Shown piece by piece: positions 10,035 through 19,420 of a DNA stretch of 64,000 nt. Position 1 is the stretch's first letter. Each line of letters starts with the position of its first letter. Under the pieces are notes generated by a model, which was not told the origin of the DNA, ran no database searches, and saw only the letters and a list, made by a program, of their open reading frames with translations. Origin of the DNA: an uncultured Actinomycetes bacterium (GTDB lineage Bacteria; Actinomycetota; UBA4738; HRBIN12); contig OY969934.1 of assembly GCA_963704725.1 (NCBI GenBank), positions 288,001 through 352,000 of the forward strand. The letters run 5' to 3'. The position numbers were made by a program, and so were the translations under genes.

Positions 10035-10046
10035 ATGGTCATAATA
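10028..10046 (-). promoter_or_regulatory. leaderless TA promoter with probable autorepression operator
   Basis: TATTAT -10 lies 6 nt before the ATG. An imperfect palindrome TGGACATATGGTCA overlaps the start. Confidence 0.55.
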
Positions 10047-10081
10047 CAGGACACCATGCAAAGTGACCGGGATGGAAGCCC

Positions 10082-11104
10082 TCAGGCGACCCGGCGTCGC
10101 CGGACGATGACCACGACCATCCACGCCGCGGCGGCGATCACCATCAGCGGCAGCAGGTAGCCGAGCCCGACCACGATCCCTGCGATCACGCCGACGAACC
10201 CGGCGACGCCGCGCTCGAACGCGTTCGGGATGCTCGCCTTCTCGACCTCCTCGACGGGCCGGACGCCCTGCTCGCGCAGGTCGACCTGGATCGTCGCGAG
10301 CGACGTGCGGTTGTCGAGCACGTTGAGCTGGCCCTGGATCTCCTCGATGCGGAGCTGGGTGTCGTCGAGCGCGTTCTGCACGCGGATCGTCTGCTCGATC
10401 GTCGTGGCCTTGTCCATGAGGCGCAGGAGCACCTCACGTCGGGAGCGCGCGATGCGCAGCCGCGCGTGCAGGTCGACGTAGTCGGCCGTCACGTCTCGTC
10501 CCTCGATGCCCTGCACCTCGACGTCGCCGAGCTCGCGAAGCGCCCGGAGCGTGGGCTCGAAGCTCGCGGCGGGCACGCGGATAGTGAGGCTGCCCGCGCG
10601 CTTGCGGCTGGACGACGTCTGGACGTACCCGCCGTTGTCGTCCGCGATCTGCGAGACTCGCGAGAACCGATCGTTGAACGAATCGCGGGGGATCACCAGC
10701 ACGAGCTCGCCGGTTCGGATGACCCTCGATACGTCGGATGGCGGGCCTTCGGCTGGGACCCCGCCGCTGTGATCGTTGGGCGCGGGCGTCGTCGAGGGCG
10801 CGGCGAGACCGGGCAGAGCCTGGAACTCGTTGCCTCCGGCGGTAGAGCCCGTCGCTCCGGTCGCGGCCGATCCCCCCGTGACGCCTCCCACGGCGCCGCC
10901 TCCACCGGCGTCATCCGAGGGGCCACCGGTCACCACCAGCAAGCCGATGAGTCCGGCGAGTGCCAGCGTTACCCCGGCTCCCGCGAGGAGCGGCCGGGCC
11001 GATTGCCAGCGGTCTCGACTCCGCCGGCGCAGCTCCTTCACGCGGCGAGCGGCATCGTCCAGGTCCGCCCGGACGAGCTCGAGGTATCGGATGTCCGTGT
11101 CCAC
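10082..11104 (-). CDS. DUF4349 membrane protein
   Basis: VIRTGEL...LTIRVPA...DVTADYVDL, coiled coil and C-terminal TM helix. Confidence 0.85.
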   Translation of the reverse strand: MDTDIRYLELVRADLDDAARRVKELRRRSRDRWQSARPLLAGAGVTLALAGLIGLLVVTGGPSDDAGGGGAVGGVTGGSAATGATGSTAGGNEFQALPGLAAPSTTPAPNDHSGGVPAEGPPSDVSRVIRTGELVLVIPRDSFNDRFSRVSQIADDNGGYVQTSSSRKRAGSLTIRVPAASFEPTLRALRELGDVEVQGIEGRDVTADYVDLHARLRIARSRREVLLRLMDKATTIEQTIRVQNALDDTQLRIEEIQGQLNVLDNRTSLATIQVDLREQGVRPVEEVEKASIPNAFERGVAGFVGVIAGIVVGLGYLLPLMVIAAAAWMVVVIVRRRRVA

Positions 11105-11106
11105 GA

Positions 11107-11694
11107 TCAGCTCCCCGCTTCGGTCTCGATGCCGGTTCGGTCGAGCGAGGTGGCGAGACGCCGGAGGCCACGGCTCACGCGGGCGCGGGCCGTCTCCTCG
11201 GTGACCCGGAGCGTCTCGGCCACCTCACGGTAGGGGCGGCCCTCGATCACGCGAAGGGTGAGGGCCTCACGTTGCTCGCTCGATAGGACCGAGAACGCCT
11301 GCCCGATCTCGCGCCCCACCTTCTCGAAGTCGATGAGCTCCTCGATCCGGTCGTAGTCGTCGGACGAGAGGTCCCGGTCGGGCATCCCCAGCCGCTTCCG
11401 GGCCCGGGAGTCCACCGCCCCCCGGCGGAAGAAGCGCGAGAGCTGGTGCCGGGCGATCCCGTACAGCCACCCCACGCCGCCGAGGCCCCGGTCTCGGAAC
11501 CGCCTGCGGGACGCGAACGCCTCCGCGAAGGTCTCGGCCACCAGCTCGGCGGCGGCCTCGGGATCGAGCGTCCGCCGGGCGAAGTAGCTCAGGAACTCCT
11601 CGGCGTGGCGTTCGAACACCCGGCCGAACGCCTCCGGCTCGTCCCAGGAGCGGACGATCAGCTCGACGTCGCTCCAGTCCTCCCGCTTGTCCAT
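11107..11694 (-). CDS. ECF RNA polymerase sigma factor
   Basis: Region 2 (AELVAETF..WLYGIARH) and region 4 (QREALTLR..YREVAETL..ARARVSRGL). Confidence 0.92.
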   Translation of the reverse strand: MDKREDWSDVELIVRSWDEPEAFGRVFERHAEEFLSYFARRTLDPEAAAELVAETFAEAFASRRRFRDRGLGGVGWLYGIARHQLSRFFRRGAVDSRARKRLGMPDRDLSSDDYDRIEELIDFEKVGREIGQAFSVLSSEQREALTLRVIEGRPYREVAETLRVTEETARARVSRGLRRLATSLDRTGIETEAGS

Positions 11695-11777
11695 CCCCGC
11701 TCCGGCCGGATCGGTCGTCCCACCCCGACCATGCCACTTCCCCGGCGATCCGTGACCGTTGGTACGCTCCCGCGGCC

Positions 11778-13868
11778 ATGGCGGATGTGCTCGAGGAGTT
11801 CCCGCGGCAGGTCGCCCGGACCCGGGGGTTCACGCTCGGCGTGCCCCGCTCGTTCACCGTCTCGCCCGACGGCGAGCGGGTCGCGTTCCTGCGGACGAAG
11901 GCCGGCGACGACCCGGTGTCGTGCCTGTGGGTGTTCGATACCGCGAGCGGGGAGGAGCGCTGTGTCTTCGACCCCCGCCACCAGGCGGTCCCGGACGAGG
12001 AGCAGCTCACCGACGCCGAGCGGGCCCGGCGCGAGCGCGCCCGGGAGCGCTCCTCGGGGGTAACGGCGTACGCCACCGACCGGGACGTCCGGCGGGCGGT
12101 GTTCGCGGTCTCGGGACGGCTGTTCCTCGCGGATCTGGTGGAGGGTTCCGCCCGCGAGCTGGCCTCGCCCGGAGCGGTCGACGACCCCCGGCTGGACCCG
12201 CCCGGCGAGCGCATCGCGTTCGTCGTGGACGGTGCGCTCCACGTCCGCGAGATCGAGGGCGGAGACCGCGTCGTGGCCGCCGACGACGATCCGGACGTCT
12301 CGTGGGGGCTCGCCGAGTTCGTGGCGGCCGAGGAGATGGAGCGGATGCGGGGCTTCTGGTGGTCGCCGGACGGGACGACGATCGCGGCCGCCCGCGTCGA
12401 CGAGCGCCCCGTCCTCATCTGGCACATCGCCGACCAGACCGAGCCCGCCCGGCCGCCTCGCGCCGTGCGCTATCCCCAGGCGGGGACCGACGACGCCATC
12501 GTCACGCTCCATCTCGTCGAGGTCGCGACCGGCGAGCGGACCGAGGTCGGCTGGGACGCCGCGACGTTCCCGTACCTGGGGCGGTTCCACTGGGGCGACG
12601 TGGGGGCGCCGCTCGTGCTCGTCGTGTCGCGCGACCAGGGCCGGACGCGGCTGCTCGAGGTCGATCCCGCCACCGGGGGGACCACGCTCGTCCGCGAGGC
12701 CTCGGACCCCGAGTGGGTCGATCTCGTGGACGACGTCCCCGTGCGCCTGTCGGACGGCCGCGTCGTCGAGGTCGTCGCCGATCGAGAGGCCGACACGTAT
12801 CGGTTGTCCGTCGACGGCGTTTCGGTCACGCCGCCGGGGCTCCAGGTGCGCCAGGTGCTCGACGCCGGCGCCGAGGTGTGGTTCCGGGCGTCGCAGGAGC
12901 CGACCGAGATCCACGTCTGGCGATGGGCCGATGCGGAGGGTGCGGTCCCGGTGACCGAGGAGCCGGGCGTGCACGCCGCCTCCGTCGGCGGCGGTGGCAC
13001 GATCGTCGTGTCCTCGGCCACCCCGGGGTCGGCGCGCTCGACGACGACCGTGCAGCGCCACGGGGCGCTGGTCGGCGAGATCCACAACCTCGCCGAGGTC
13101 CCGGTCGTCGAGCCGCTGCCCTCGTTCACCGCGCTCGGCGCGCGCGAGCTCCGCACGGCGCTGCTGCTCCCCGGGGGGCGCGAGCCCGAGGGGTCCCTTC
13201 CCGTCCTGATGGATCCGTACGGGGGCCCCCACGGCGCTCGGGTCCTGAAGGCCGGCGGGCTGTTCCCCACCTCGCAGTGGTTCGCCGACCACGGGCTCGC
13301 CGTGCTCGTCGTCGACGGACGCGGCGTCGACGGCCGGGGGCCGGCGTGGGACCGGGAGATGCGGTTCGACTTCACGGTGGCGCTCGAGGATCAGGTCGAC
13401 GCGCTCCACGCGGCCGCCGAGCGCTACCCGTTCCTCGACCTGTCGCGCGTGGGGATCCGCGGTTGGTCGTTCGGCGGGTACCTCTCGGCGATGGCGGTGC
13501 TCCGGCGGCCGGACGTGTTCCACGCCGGCGTGGTCGGCGCCCCCGTGACCGACATGCGCCTGTACGACACGTACTACACCGAGCGGTTCTTCGGGCATCC
13601 GGACGAGCACCCGGACGTCTACGACCGCAACGCGATCCTTGAGGACGCGCCCAAGCTCGAACGGCCCATGCTGTTGATCCACGGGCTCGTGGACGACAAC
13701 GTCTACGTGGCGAACACGCTCCGACTCTCGACGGCGCTGTTCGAGGCGGGACGGCACCACGAGCTCGTCCTGATCCCGAACGCGACCCATCTCACGCGCT
13801 CGGAGGCCGTGACCGAGAACCTCCTGCGCGTCCAGCTCGACTTCCTGCGGCGATCCCTCGGCGTCTGA
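11778..13868 (+). CDS. S9 family peptidase (dipeptidyl-peptidase IV-like)
   Basis: AAEEM, YGGPH, GWSFGG nucleophile elbow, HGLVDDNV and catalytic His. Confidence 0.95.
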   Translation: MADVLEEFPRQVARTRGFTLGVPRSFTVSPDGERVAFLRTKAGDDPVSCLWVFDTASGEERCVFDPRHQAVPDEEQLTDAERARRERARERSSGVTAYATDRDVRRAVFAVSGRLFLADLVEGSARELASPGAVDDPRLDPPGERIAFVVDGALHVREIEGGDRVVAADDDPDVSWGLAEFVAAEEMERMRGFWWSPDGTTIAAARVDERPVLIWHIADQTEPARPPRAVRYPQAGTDDAIVTLHLVEVATGERTEVGWDAATFPYLGRFHWGDVGAPLVLVVSRDQGRTRLLEVDPATGGTTLVREASDPEWVDLVDDVPVRLSDGRVVEVVADREADTYRLSVDGVSVTPPGLQVRQVLDAGAEVWFRASQEPTEIHVWRWADAEGAVPVTEEPGVHAASVGGGGTIVVSSATPGSARSTTTVQRHGALVGEIHNLAEVPVVEPLPSFTALGARELRTALLLPGGREPEGSLPVLMDPYGGPHGARVLKAGGLFPTSQWFADHGLAVLVVDGRGVDGRGPAWDREMRFDFTVALEDQVDALHAAAERYPFLDLSRVGIRGWSFGGYLSAMAVLRRPDVFHAGVVGAPVTDMRLYDTYYTERFFGHPDEHPDVYDRNAILEDAPKLERPMLLIHGLVDDNVYVANTLRLSTALFEAGRHHELVLIPNATHLTRSEAVTENLLRVQLDFLRRSLGV

Positions 13869-13913
13869 TCGCGCCTCCCCGGGCGGCCCGGAGCCCACTG
13901 CTACCCTTCGGCC

Positions 13914-15155
13914 ATGCCGATCGTGGTGCAGAAATACGGGGGGACCTCGGTCGGCGACGCCGAGCGGATCCAGCGCGTCGCCGAGCGCATCGCCCGGACC
14001 CGCGAGGAGGGCAACGACGTCGTCGTCGTGGTGTCGGCGATGGGCGAGACGACCGACGACCTCGTGGTGCTCGCCGCGCAGATCACGCCGGTCCCCGAGC
14101 CGCGCGAGATGGACATGCTCCTCACCGCGGGCGAGCGGATCGCCATGTCGCTGCTCGCGATCGCCGTGAACGCGCGGGGCTGCCGCGCCGCCTCCTACAC
14201 CGGCTCGCAGGCCGGGATCATCACGGACACCCACCACGGCAAGGCCAAGATCGTCGACATCCGCCCCGGCCGGATCCGCGAGTCGCTCGACGCCGGCAAC
14301 GTGGTGATCCTCGCCGGATACCAGGGCCTCTCGACGAACTACGACATCACCACGCTCGGCCGGGGCGGCTCGGACATGACCGCCGTGGCCATGGCGGCCG
14401 CGCTCGGCGCCGACGTGTGCGAGATCTACACGGACGTCGAGGGCGTGTTCACGGCGGATCCCCGCCTGGAGCCGAGGGCGCGCAAGCTCGACCGGGTGTC
14501 GTTCCACGAGATGCTCGAGCTCTCGGCGTCGGGCGCCAAGGTCCTGCAGCTTCGCTCCGTCGAGTACGCTCGACGGCACAACGTTCGGCTCCACGTGCGG
14601 CACTCGCAGCTCGAGGACGAGGGCACGTGGGTGGTGGAGGAGGACGAGATCCCCATGCTCGAACAGGCCCTGATCCGCGGCGTGGCGCTCGACGACGGCG
14701 AGGCGAAGGTCACGCTGGAGGACGTCCCCGACCGGCCCGGTATCGCGGCTCTGATCTTCAAGGCCGTCGCGGCGGAGGGGATCAACGTCGACACGATCGT
14801 GCAGAACGTCTCGCGCAAGGACCGCACCGACGTCTCGTTCACGGTCCCCCGGGACGACCTGCCGCGGATCGACGGCGTCCTGCAGGGGATCGTCACCGAC
14901 ATCGGCGCGATCCGCTACTCGACCGACGCCGGCATCGCCAAGCTCTCGCTCGTCGGCGCGGGGATGAAGAGCAACCCCGGCGTCGCGGCGGACATGTTCG
15001 ACGCGCTCGCCGCCGAGGGCATCAACATCGAGATGATCTCGACCTCCTCGATCCGGGTCTCCTGCGTGATCCGGGCCGGGGACGCCGAGCGCGCCGTCCG
15101 GGCCGTCCACCAGCGCTTCGGGCTCGAGGGCCCACCCATCCCGGACGAGGGCTGA
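13914..15155 (+). CDS. lysC: aspartate kinase
   Basis: VQKYGGTSV, TTLGRGGSD, two ACT domains. Confidence 0.97.
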   Translation: MPIVVQKYGGTSVGDAERIQRVAERIARTREEGNDVVVVVSAMGETTDDLVVLAAQITPVPEPREMDMLLTAGERIAMSLLAIAVNARGCRAASYTGSQAGIITDTHHGKAKIVDIRPGRIRESLDAGNVVILAGYQGLSTNYDITTLGRGGSDMTAVAMAAALGADVCEIYTDVEGVFTADPRLEPRARKLDRVSFHEMLELSASGAKVLQLRSVEYARRHNVRLHVRHSQLEDEGTWVVEEDEIPMLEQALIRGVALDDGEAKVTLEDVPDRPGIAALIFKAVAAEGINVDTIVQNVSRKDRTDVSFTVPRDDLPRIDGVLQGIVTDIGAIRYSTDAGIAKLSLVGAGMKSNPGVAADMFDALAAEGINIEMISTSSIRVSCVIRAGDAERAVRAVHQRFGLEGPPIPDEG

Positions 15156-15202
15156 GCAGCCTCCCGGGCGGCCGGGTGCCCGGCCGCTACCATGGACCGA
15201 CC

Positions 15203-16237
15203 ATGCGCGTTGCCGTCGTCGGAGCCACGGGCGCCGTCGGCCGGAACATGGTCCGTCTCCTGCAGGAGCGCGACTTCCCGGTCGACGAGCTGATCCCGCT
15301 CGCGTCGGAACGGACGGCGGGCACACGGCTGCCGTTCCGCGGCGAGGATCGCGAGGTCGGCGTGCTCTCGCTCGACGCGCTCCGAGGCGTCGACGTCGCG
15401 CTCAGCTCGTGCGGGTCTGCCGCGGCGAAGACGTGGGTGCCGGCCGCGGCGGAGGCGGGCACGATCTGCATCGACAACTCGAGCGCGTTCCGCATGGAGC
15501 CGTGGGCGGAGCTGGTCATCCCCGAGGTGAACCCCGAGGCGCTTTCGAGCGGCGCCAGAGTCTTCGCCGTGCCGAACTGCACGATCATCACCACGCTGAT
15601 GGCGGTCGCGCCGCTGCATCGTGCCGCCGGGGTGCGGTCGCTCATCGTGAGCTCGTACCAGTCGGTCTCCGGCGCCGGGCAGAAGGGCGTTCGGGAGCTC
15701 GCCGAGCAGATCGAGAAGCTCCACGGCATGGAGGAGGAGCTCGGCCACCCCGACCTCGACGCGCTCCCGGTCGGGGACGTGTTCGGCAAGACGATCGCCT
15801 ACAACGTCGTGGCCAAGATCGACGTCTTCGACGAGGCGACGGGGTTCACGTTCGAGGAGATCAAGATGCACCGCGAGGCCAAACGGATCCTCTCGCTGCC
15901 CGAGCTCGACATCACCGCCACCTGCGTCCGGGTCCCGGTGCCGGTCGGCCACGCCGTCAGCGTCCACGCCACGTTCGACCGCCCGATCTCAACCGCCGAG
16001 GCCCGCGAGGTGCTCGCCGAGGCGCCCGGCGTCCAGCTCCGCGACGACCCGGCGGACGGCGTCTACCCCACCCCCCTCGAGGCGGCGGGCCTCGACGACG
16101 TGCTCGTCGGCCGGATCCGGCAGCCCGAGGGCCACGACGACGCCCTGCTCCTGTTCGCCTGCGGCGACAACCTCCGCAAGGGCGCGGCGCTCAACGCTGT
16201 CCAGATCGCAGAAGAGCTCATCCGGTCCCGTCGCTGA
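15203..16237 (+). CDS. asd: aspartate-semialdehyde dehydrogenase
   Basis: VVGATGAVG, IDNSSAFRM, PNCT, YQSVSGAG, DNLRKGAALNAVQIAE. Confidence 0.97.
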   Translation: MRVAVVGATGAVGRNMVRLLQERDFPVDELIPLASERTAGTRLPFRGEDREVGVLSLDALRGVDVALSSCGSAAAKTWVPAAAEAGTICIDNSSAFRMEPWAELVIPEVNPEALSSGARVFAVPNCTIITTLMAVAPLHRAAGVRSLIVSSYQSVSGAGQKGVRELAEQIEKLHGMEEELGHPDLDALPVGDVFGKTIAYNVVAKIDVFDEATGFTFEEIKMHREAKRILSLPELDITATCVRVPVPVGHAVSVHATFDRPISTAEAREVLAEAPGVQLRDDPADGVYPTPLEAAGLDDVLVGRIRQPEGHDDALLLFACGDNLRKGAALNAVQIAEELIRSRR

Positions 16238-16310
16238 GGCATCTCGCGCCCCGGCGAGTTGGGCCACGTTCGAGTCGCTTGGCCGCTCTCCGTCCGTCAG
16301 AATCGACGTT

Positions 16311-16778
16311 GTGAATGAGACGGGCACTCGCTTGCCCCTCGCCCGCGTTCCTGAGACCGCAGTCAGACTCGGCTTCCTGGCTCTTGCGCTTATCGCGCTC
16401 TGGGCTGGCATCGCTCGGTGGAACGTCTGGGCCGAGGCGGGTCTCGGAGGTCGAACATCAGTGGCCGACTGGGTCATCTGGCTCGCGGTCGTCGCCTTGG
16501 CCGGCTTCTTCTTCGGCCTTGCCGCGGTGCCGCCGAGCACCCTTCGCTATCGGATCGGCCCTCCGCTGCTCTTGGCGGCAATCCCGGTGATGCTCCTCGC
16601 CCACACCGTGGTCCTGTTTGGCGTCAGGTGGGAGGCCCTACCCGACTTCTTGGCCACCCCTCGCTTCTATATGGACTCTCCATTCCAGTTTGGCCTAGCG
16701 ACATGGGTGGGCGTCGCCTTCGTTTCGGGGCTCCACTCGCGCACCGGCCCCAATCAAGAGGATGGTCTGAGCACATAA
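16311..16778 (+). CDS. hypothetical 4-TM membrane protein
   Basis: Four hydrophobic segments; lower GC than the flanks. Confidence 0.6.
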   Translation: MNETGTRLPLARVPETAVRLGFLALALIALWAGIARWNVWAEAGLGGRTSVADWVIWLAVVALAGFFFGLAAVPPSTLRYRIGPPLLLAAIPVMLLAHTVVLFGVRWEALPDFLATPRFYMDSPFQFGLATWVGVAFVSGLHSRTGPNQEDGLST

Positions 16779-17222
16779 GTCCACGCGCCCTGGCGCGCGA
16801 GGCACCCTTAGGCGGGGTCGCTGGCGCGCGGCGAAACACGCGCTCATCATGGCGTCTATGGACTGGCTTCCGCCAAGATCGCTGGCGGCCCGCTCGCAGT
16901 GGGTCAAAGCGCGGCCGTGGCTAGCTGCCTGCTACCTCGCAACCTTCTCGTCGATCTTCATGGCCTTCGTGTTCCCCCTGCTAGCCGACGGCCCCGCGAG
17001 CGTTCGATTCAAGGTCACCCTCGGCTTGGTGATGTGGCCGGTGACCGTGCCGCTGTTCCATGCTGGTCTCAAGCGCGGGTGGGGCGAACGGCCAGATGCC
17101 GAGACTAGCCCCCCTCCGACGGCTCGCCGGATGTGGAGTCGCGCCTCGGACCGGATGGGTCTGCCCAGCCTTTGGTTGACTCCTGACGTGTGAGGATGAC
17201 CCTCACCGGAAGGAGGCAGCAG

Positions 17223-17507
17223 ATGCCCCAGGCGTTCCCCCTTGAGTTCCGCCGTGACGTCGTCGCCGTGGCCCGGCGCAAAGAGGCTCCGATGAGCCAG
17301 ATCGCGAAGGACTTCGGGATCTCCGAGTCCTGTCTGCATCGCTGGGTGAAGCGCGCCGAGATCGAGGACGGCATGCGCGAGGGCCTGACGCTCGCCGAGG
17401 AGGCGGAGATCCGCGAGCTGCGAAAGCGCAACCGGCTGCTCGAGCAGGAGAACGAGGTGCTCCGCCGGGCCGCCGTCTACCTCGGGCAGGGCGTCAACCC
17501 AAAATGA
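17223..17507 (+). CDS. IS3-family OrfA (element A)
   Basis: FPLEFRRDVV..IAKDFGISESCLHRWV..LEQENEVLRRAA. ATGA overlap with orfB. Confidence 0.9.
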   Translation: MPQAFPLEFRRDVVAVARRKEAPMSQIAKDFGISESCLHRWVKRAEIEDGMREGLTLAEEAEIRELRKRNRLLEQENEVLRRAAVYLGQGVNPK

Positions 17508-18203
17508 TGTACCCGCTGGTCCGCGAGCTTGCCGCAGACGGGATCCCCGTCACGGTGACCTGCCGGGTGCTCGGCTTCTCGCCGCAGGCCTATCACAAGT
17601 GGAAGGCGAACCCGGTCAGCACCAGGGACTGGTCCGACGCCCACCTTGGGTTCAACCGGTCGATGCAACACCTCCCGCAAGATGAGCGATCGGCTCAGGG
17701 GAGGGTGGAGCGTGACGGATCGAAGACGGCCGCATGCACCGGCGAAGGTGCACAGCTGGCCGAAGATGAGGGACCTGCGTCGGGAGATGATCCAGCTCGC
17801 GAGGCAGGGCATCCTCCAGCGCGAGATCGCCAAGATGTTGGGCGTATCGCAGCAGCTGGTCAGCGTGGTCCTGTTGCCGAAGGGGGGCGTCTACCGGGTC
17901 GAGGACTGGCACCCCTCGGATGCACGGCTGTCCCTGGAGGACCGGATCGAGGTCGGCCTGGGGTGCCAGCGCGGAGACTCGCTTCGCGTGATCGCGCACC
18001 GGATCGGTCGAAGTCCCTCCACGGTTTCCCGCGAGGTGGCCGCGAACGGGGGTCGTGTTTGGTACCGGCCAATGAAGGCCCACCGGCGGGCTCACGCCCT
18101 GGCACGTAGGCCCAAGCCGACCAAGCTCTCTCGCCATCGTCGGTTGCTCTGAACCGCCCTGGGTTTGATGGAGACTCCGAACCTTGGAAACGGAGGAGGA
18201 TCC

Positions 18204-18536
18204 ATGGCCCAGCAGAAGCACCCGTCGTCCAGGCGGTACCCGCCCGAGGTGAGGGACCGAGCGGTCTCACTCGTCCTCACCACGATGCAGCAAAGCGGTG
18301 AGCGTCACGGCGTCGTCACGCGGATCGCCCGCAAGCTCGACATCGGCCCGGAGACGCTCCGCAACTGGGTCCGCCAGGCCGAGATCGACAACGGGACGCG
18401 ACCAGGCCTCAGCACCGACGAGCGTGCCCGGATCGCCGAGCTCGAGAAGGAGAACCGCGAGCTCCGCCGCGCCAACCAGATCCTGAAGGAGGCGAGCGTG
18501 TTTTTCGCCCAGGAGCTCGATCGGCCCCGGAGATGA
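18204..18536 (+). CDS. IS3-family OrfA (element B)
   Basis: RRYPPEVRDRAV..ETLRNWVRQ..ELRRANQILKEASVFFAQELDR. Candidate slippery GTTTTTC at 18500-18506. Confidence 0.92.
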   Translation: MAQQKHPSSRRYPPEVRDRAVSLVLTTMQQSGERHGVVTRIARKLDIGPETLRNWVRQAEIDNGTRPGLSTDERARIAELEKENRELRRANQILKEASVFFAQELDRPRR

Positions 18537-19420
18537 CCCGCTTCATCGAGACCAGGCGGGATCGTTTCGAGGTCGAGCTCCTGTGCCGGACCCTGGGGGC
18601 ATCGCCGTCGACCTACTACACCCGCAGAAGCCGTCCCCCGTCGGCGAGAGCGATCACCGACGCCTGGCTGCACGAGGAGATCGAACGGGTCTTCAAGGCC
18701 AACTACTCGGTCTACGGCGCCAGGAAGGTGTGGCACCAGCTGCACCGCGAAGGCATCGCGATCGGGCGCGACCGGGTGGCCCGCCTGATGCGCCAGGCTG
18801 GCCTGCACGGAGTCCGGCGAGGGAAGAAGACGTTCACCACCCGTCGCGACGAGAAGGCAGCCCGACCGCCGGATCTCGTGGAGCGGGACTTCACGGCAGC
18901 TCGGCCCAACGCGCTGTGGCTCGCGGACATCACCTACGTCCGTACCTGGTCCGGGTTCTGCTACGTGGCGTTCGTGCAGGACGTCTTCTCCCGCATGATC
19001 GTCGGCTGGTCGATCGCCACGCACCTTCGGACCTCACTCGCCACCGAGGCGCTCGAGATGGCGGTGTGGCGTCGAGGGGTCTCCGTCGAGGGTCTCGTTC
19101 ATCACTCCGACGCCGGAGGTCAATACGTATCGGTGGCCTACTCCGAGCGCCTGGCAGAGCACGGCATCGTCCCCTCGGTCGGCTCCGTGGGCGACTCCTT
19201 CGACAACGCCATGGCCGAGTCGGCGATCGGGCTCTACAAGACCGAGCTGATCCGCCGCCGTGGGCCCTGGCCGAGCCCCGATCAGGTCGAGATCGCCACG
19301 CTTGAGTACATCGACTGGTTCAACTTCCGAAGGCTGCACGGAGAGATCGGCCACGTCCCGCCGGCGGAGTTCGAGGAGGTGTTCTACGCTTCGGAGATCG
19401 AGGAGCGAATCCAAGCCTGA
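18533..19420 (+). CDS. IS3-family OrfB DDE transposase (element B)
   Basis: VYGARKVW, WLADITYV, HHSDAGGQY, GDSFDNAMAES. Confidence 0.95.
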   Translation: MTRFIETRRDRFEVELLCRTLGASPSTYYTRRSRPPSARAITDAWLHEEIERVFKANYSVYGARKVWHQLHREGIAIGRDRVARLMRQAGLHGVRRGKKTFTTRRDEKAARPPDLVERDFTAARPNALWLADITYVRTWSGFCYVAFVQDVFSRMIVGWSIATHLRTSLATEALEMAVWRRGVSVEGLVHHSDAGGQYVSVAYSERLAEHGIVPSVGSVGDSFDNAMAESAIGLYKTELIRRRGPWPSPDQVEIATLEYIDWFNFRRLHGEIGHVPPAEFEEVFYASEIEERIQA

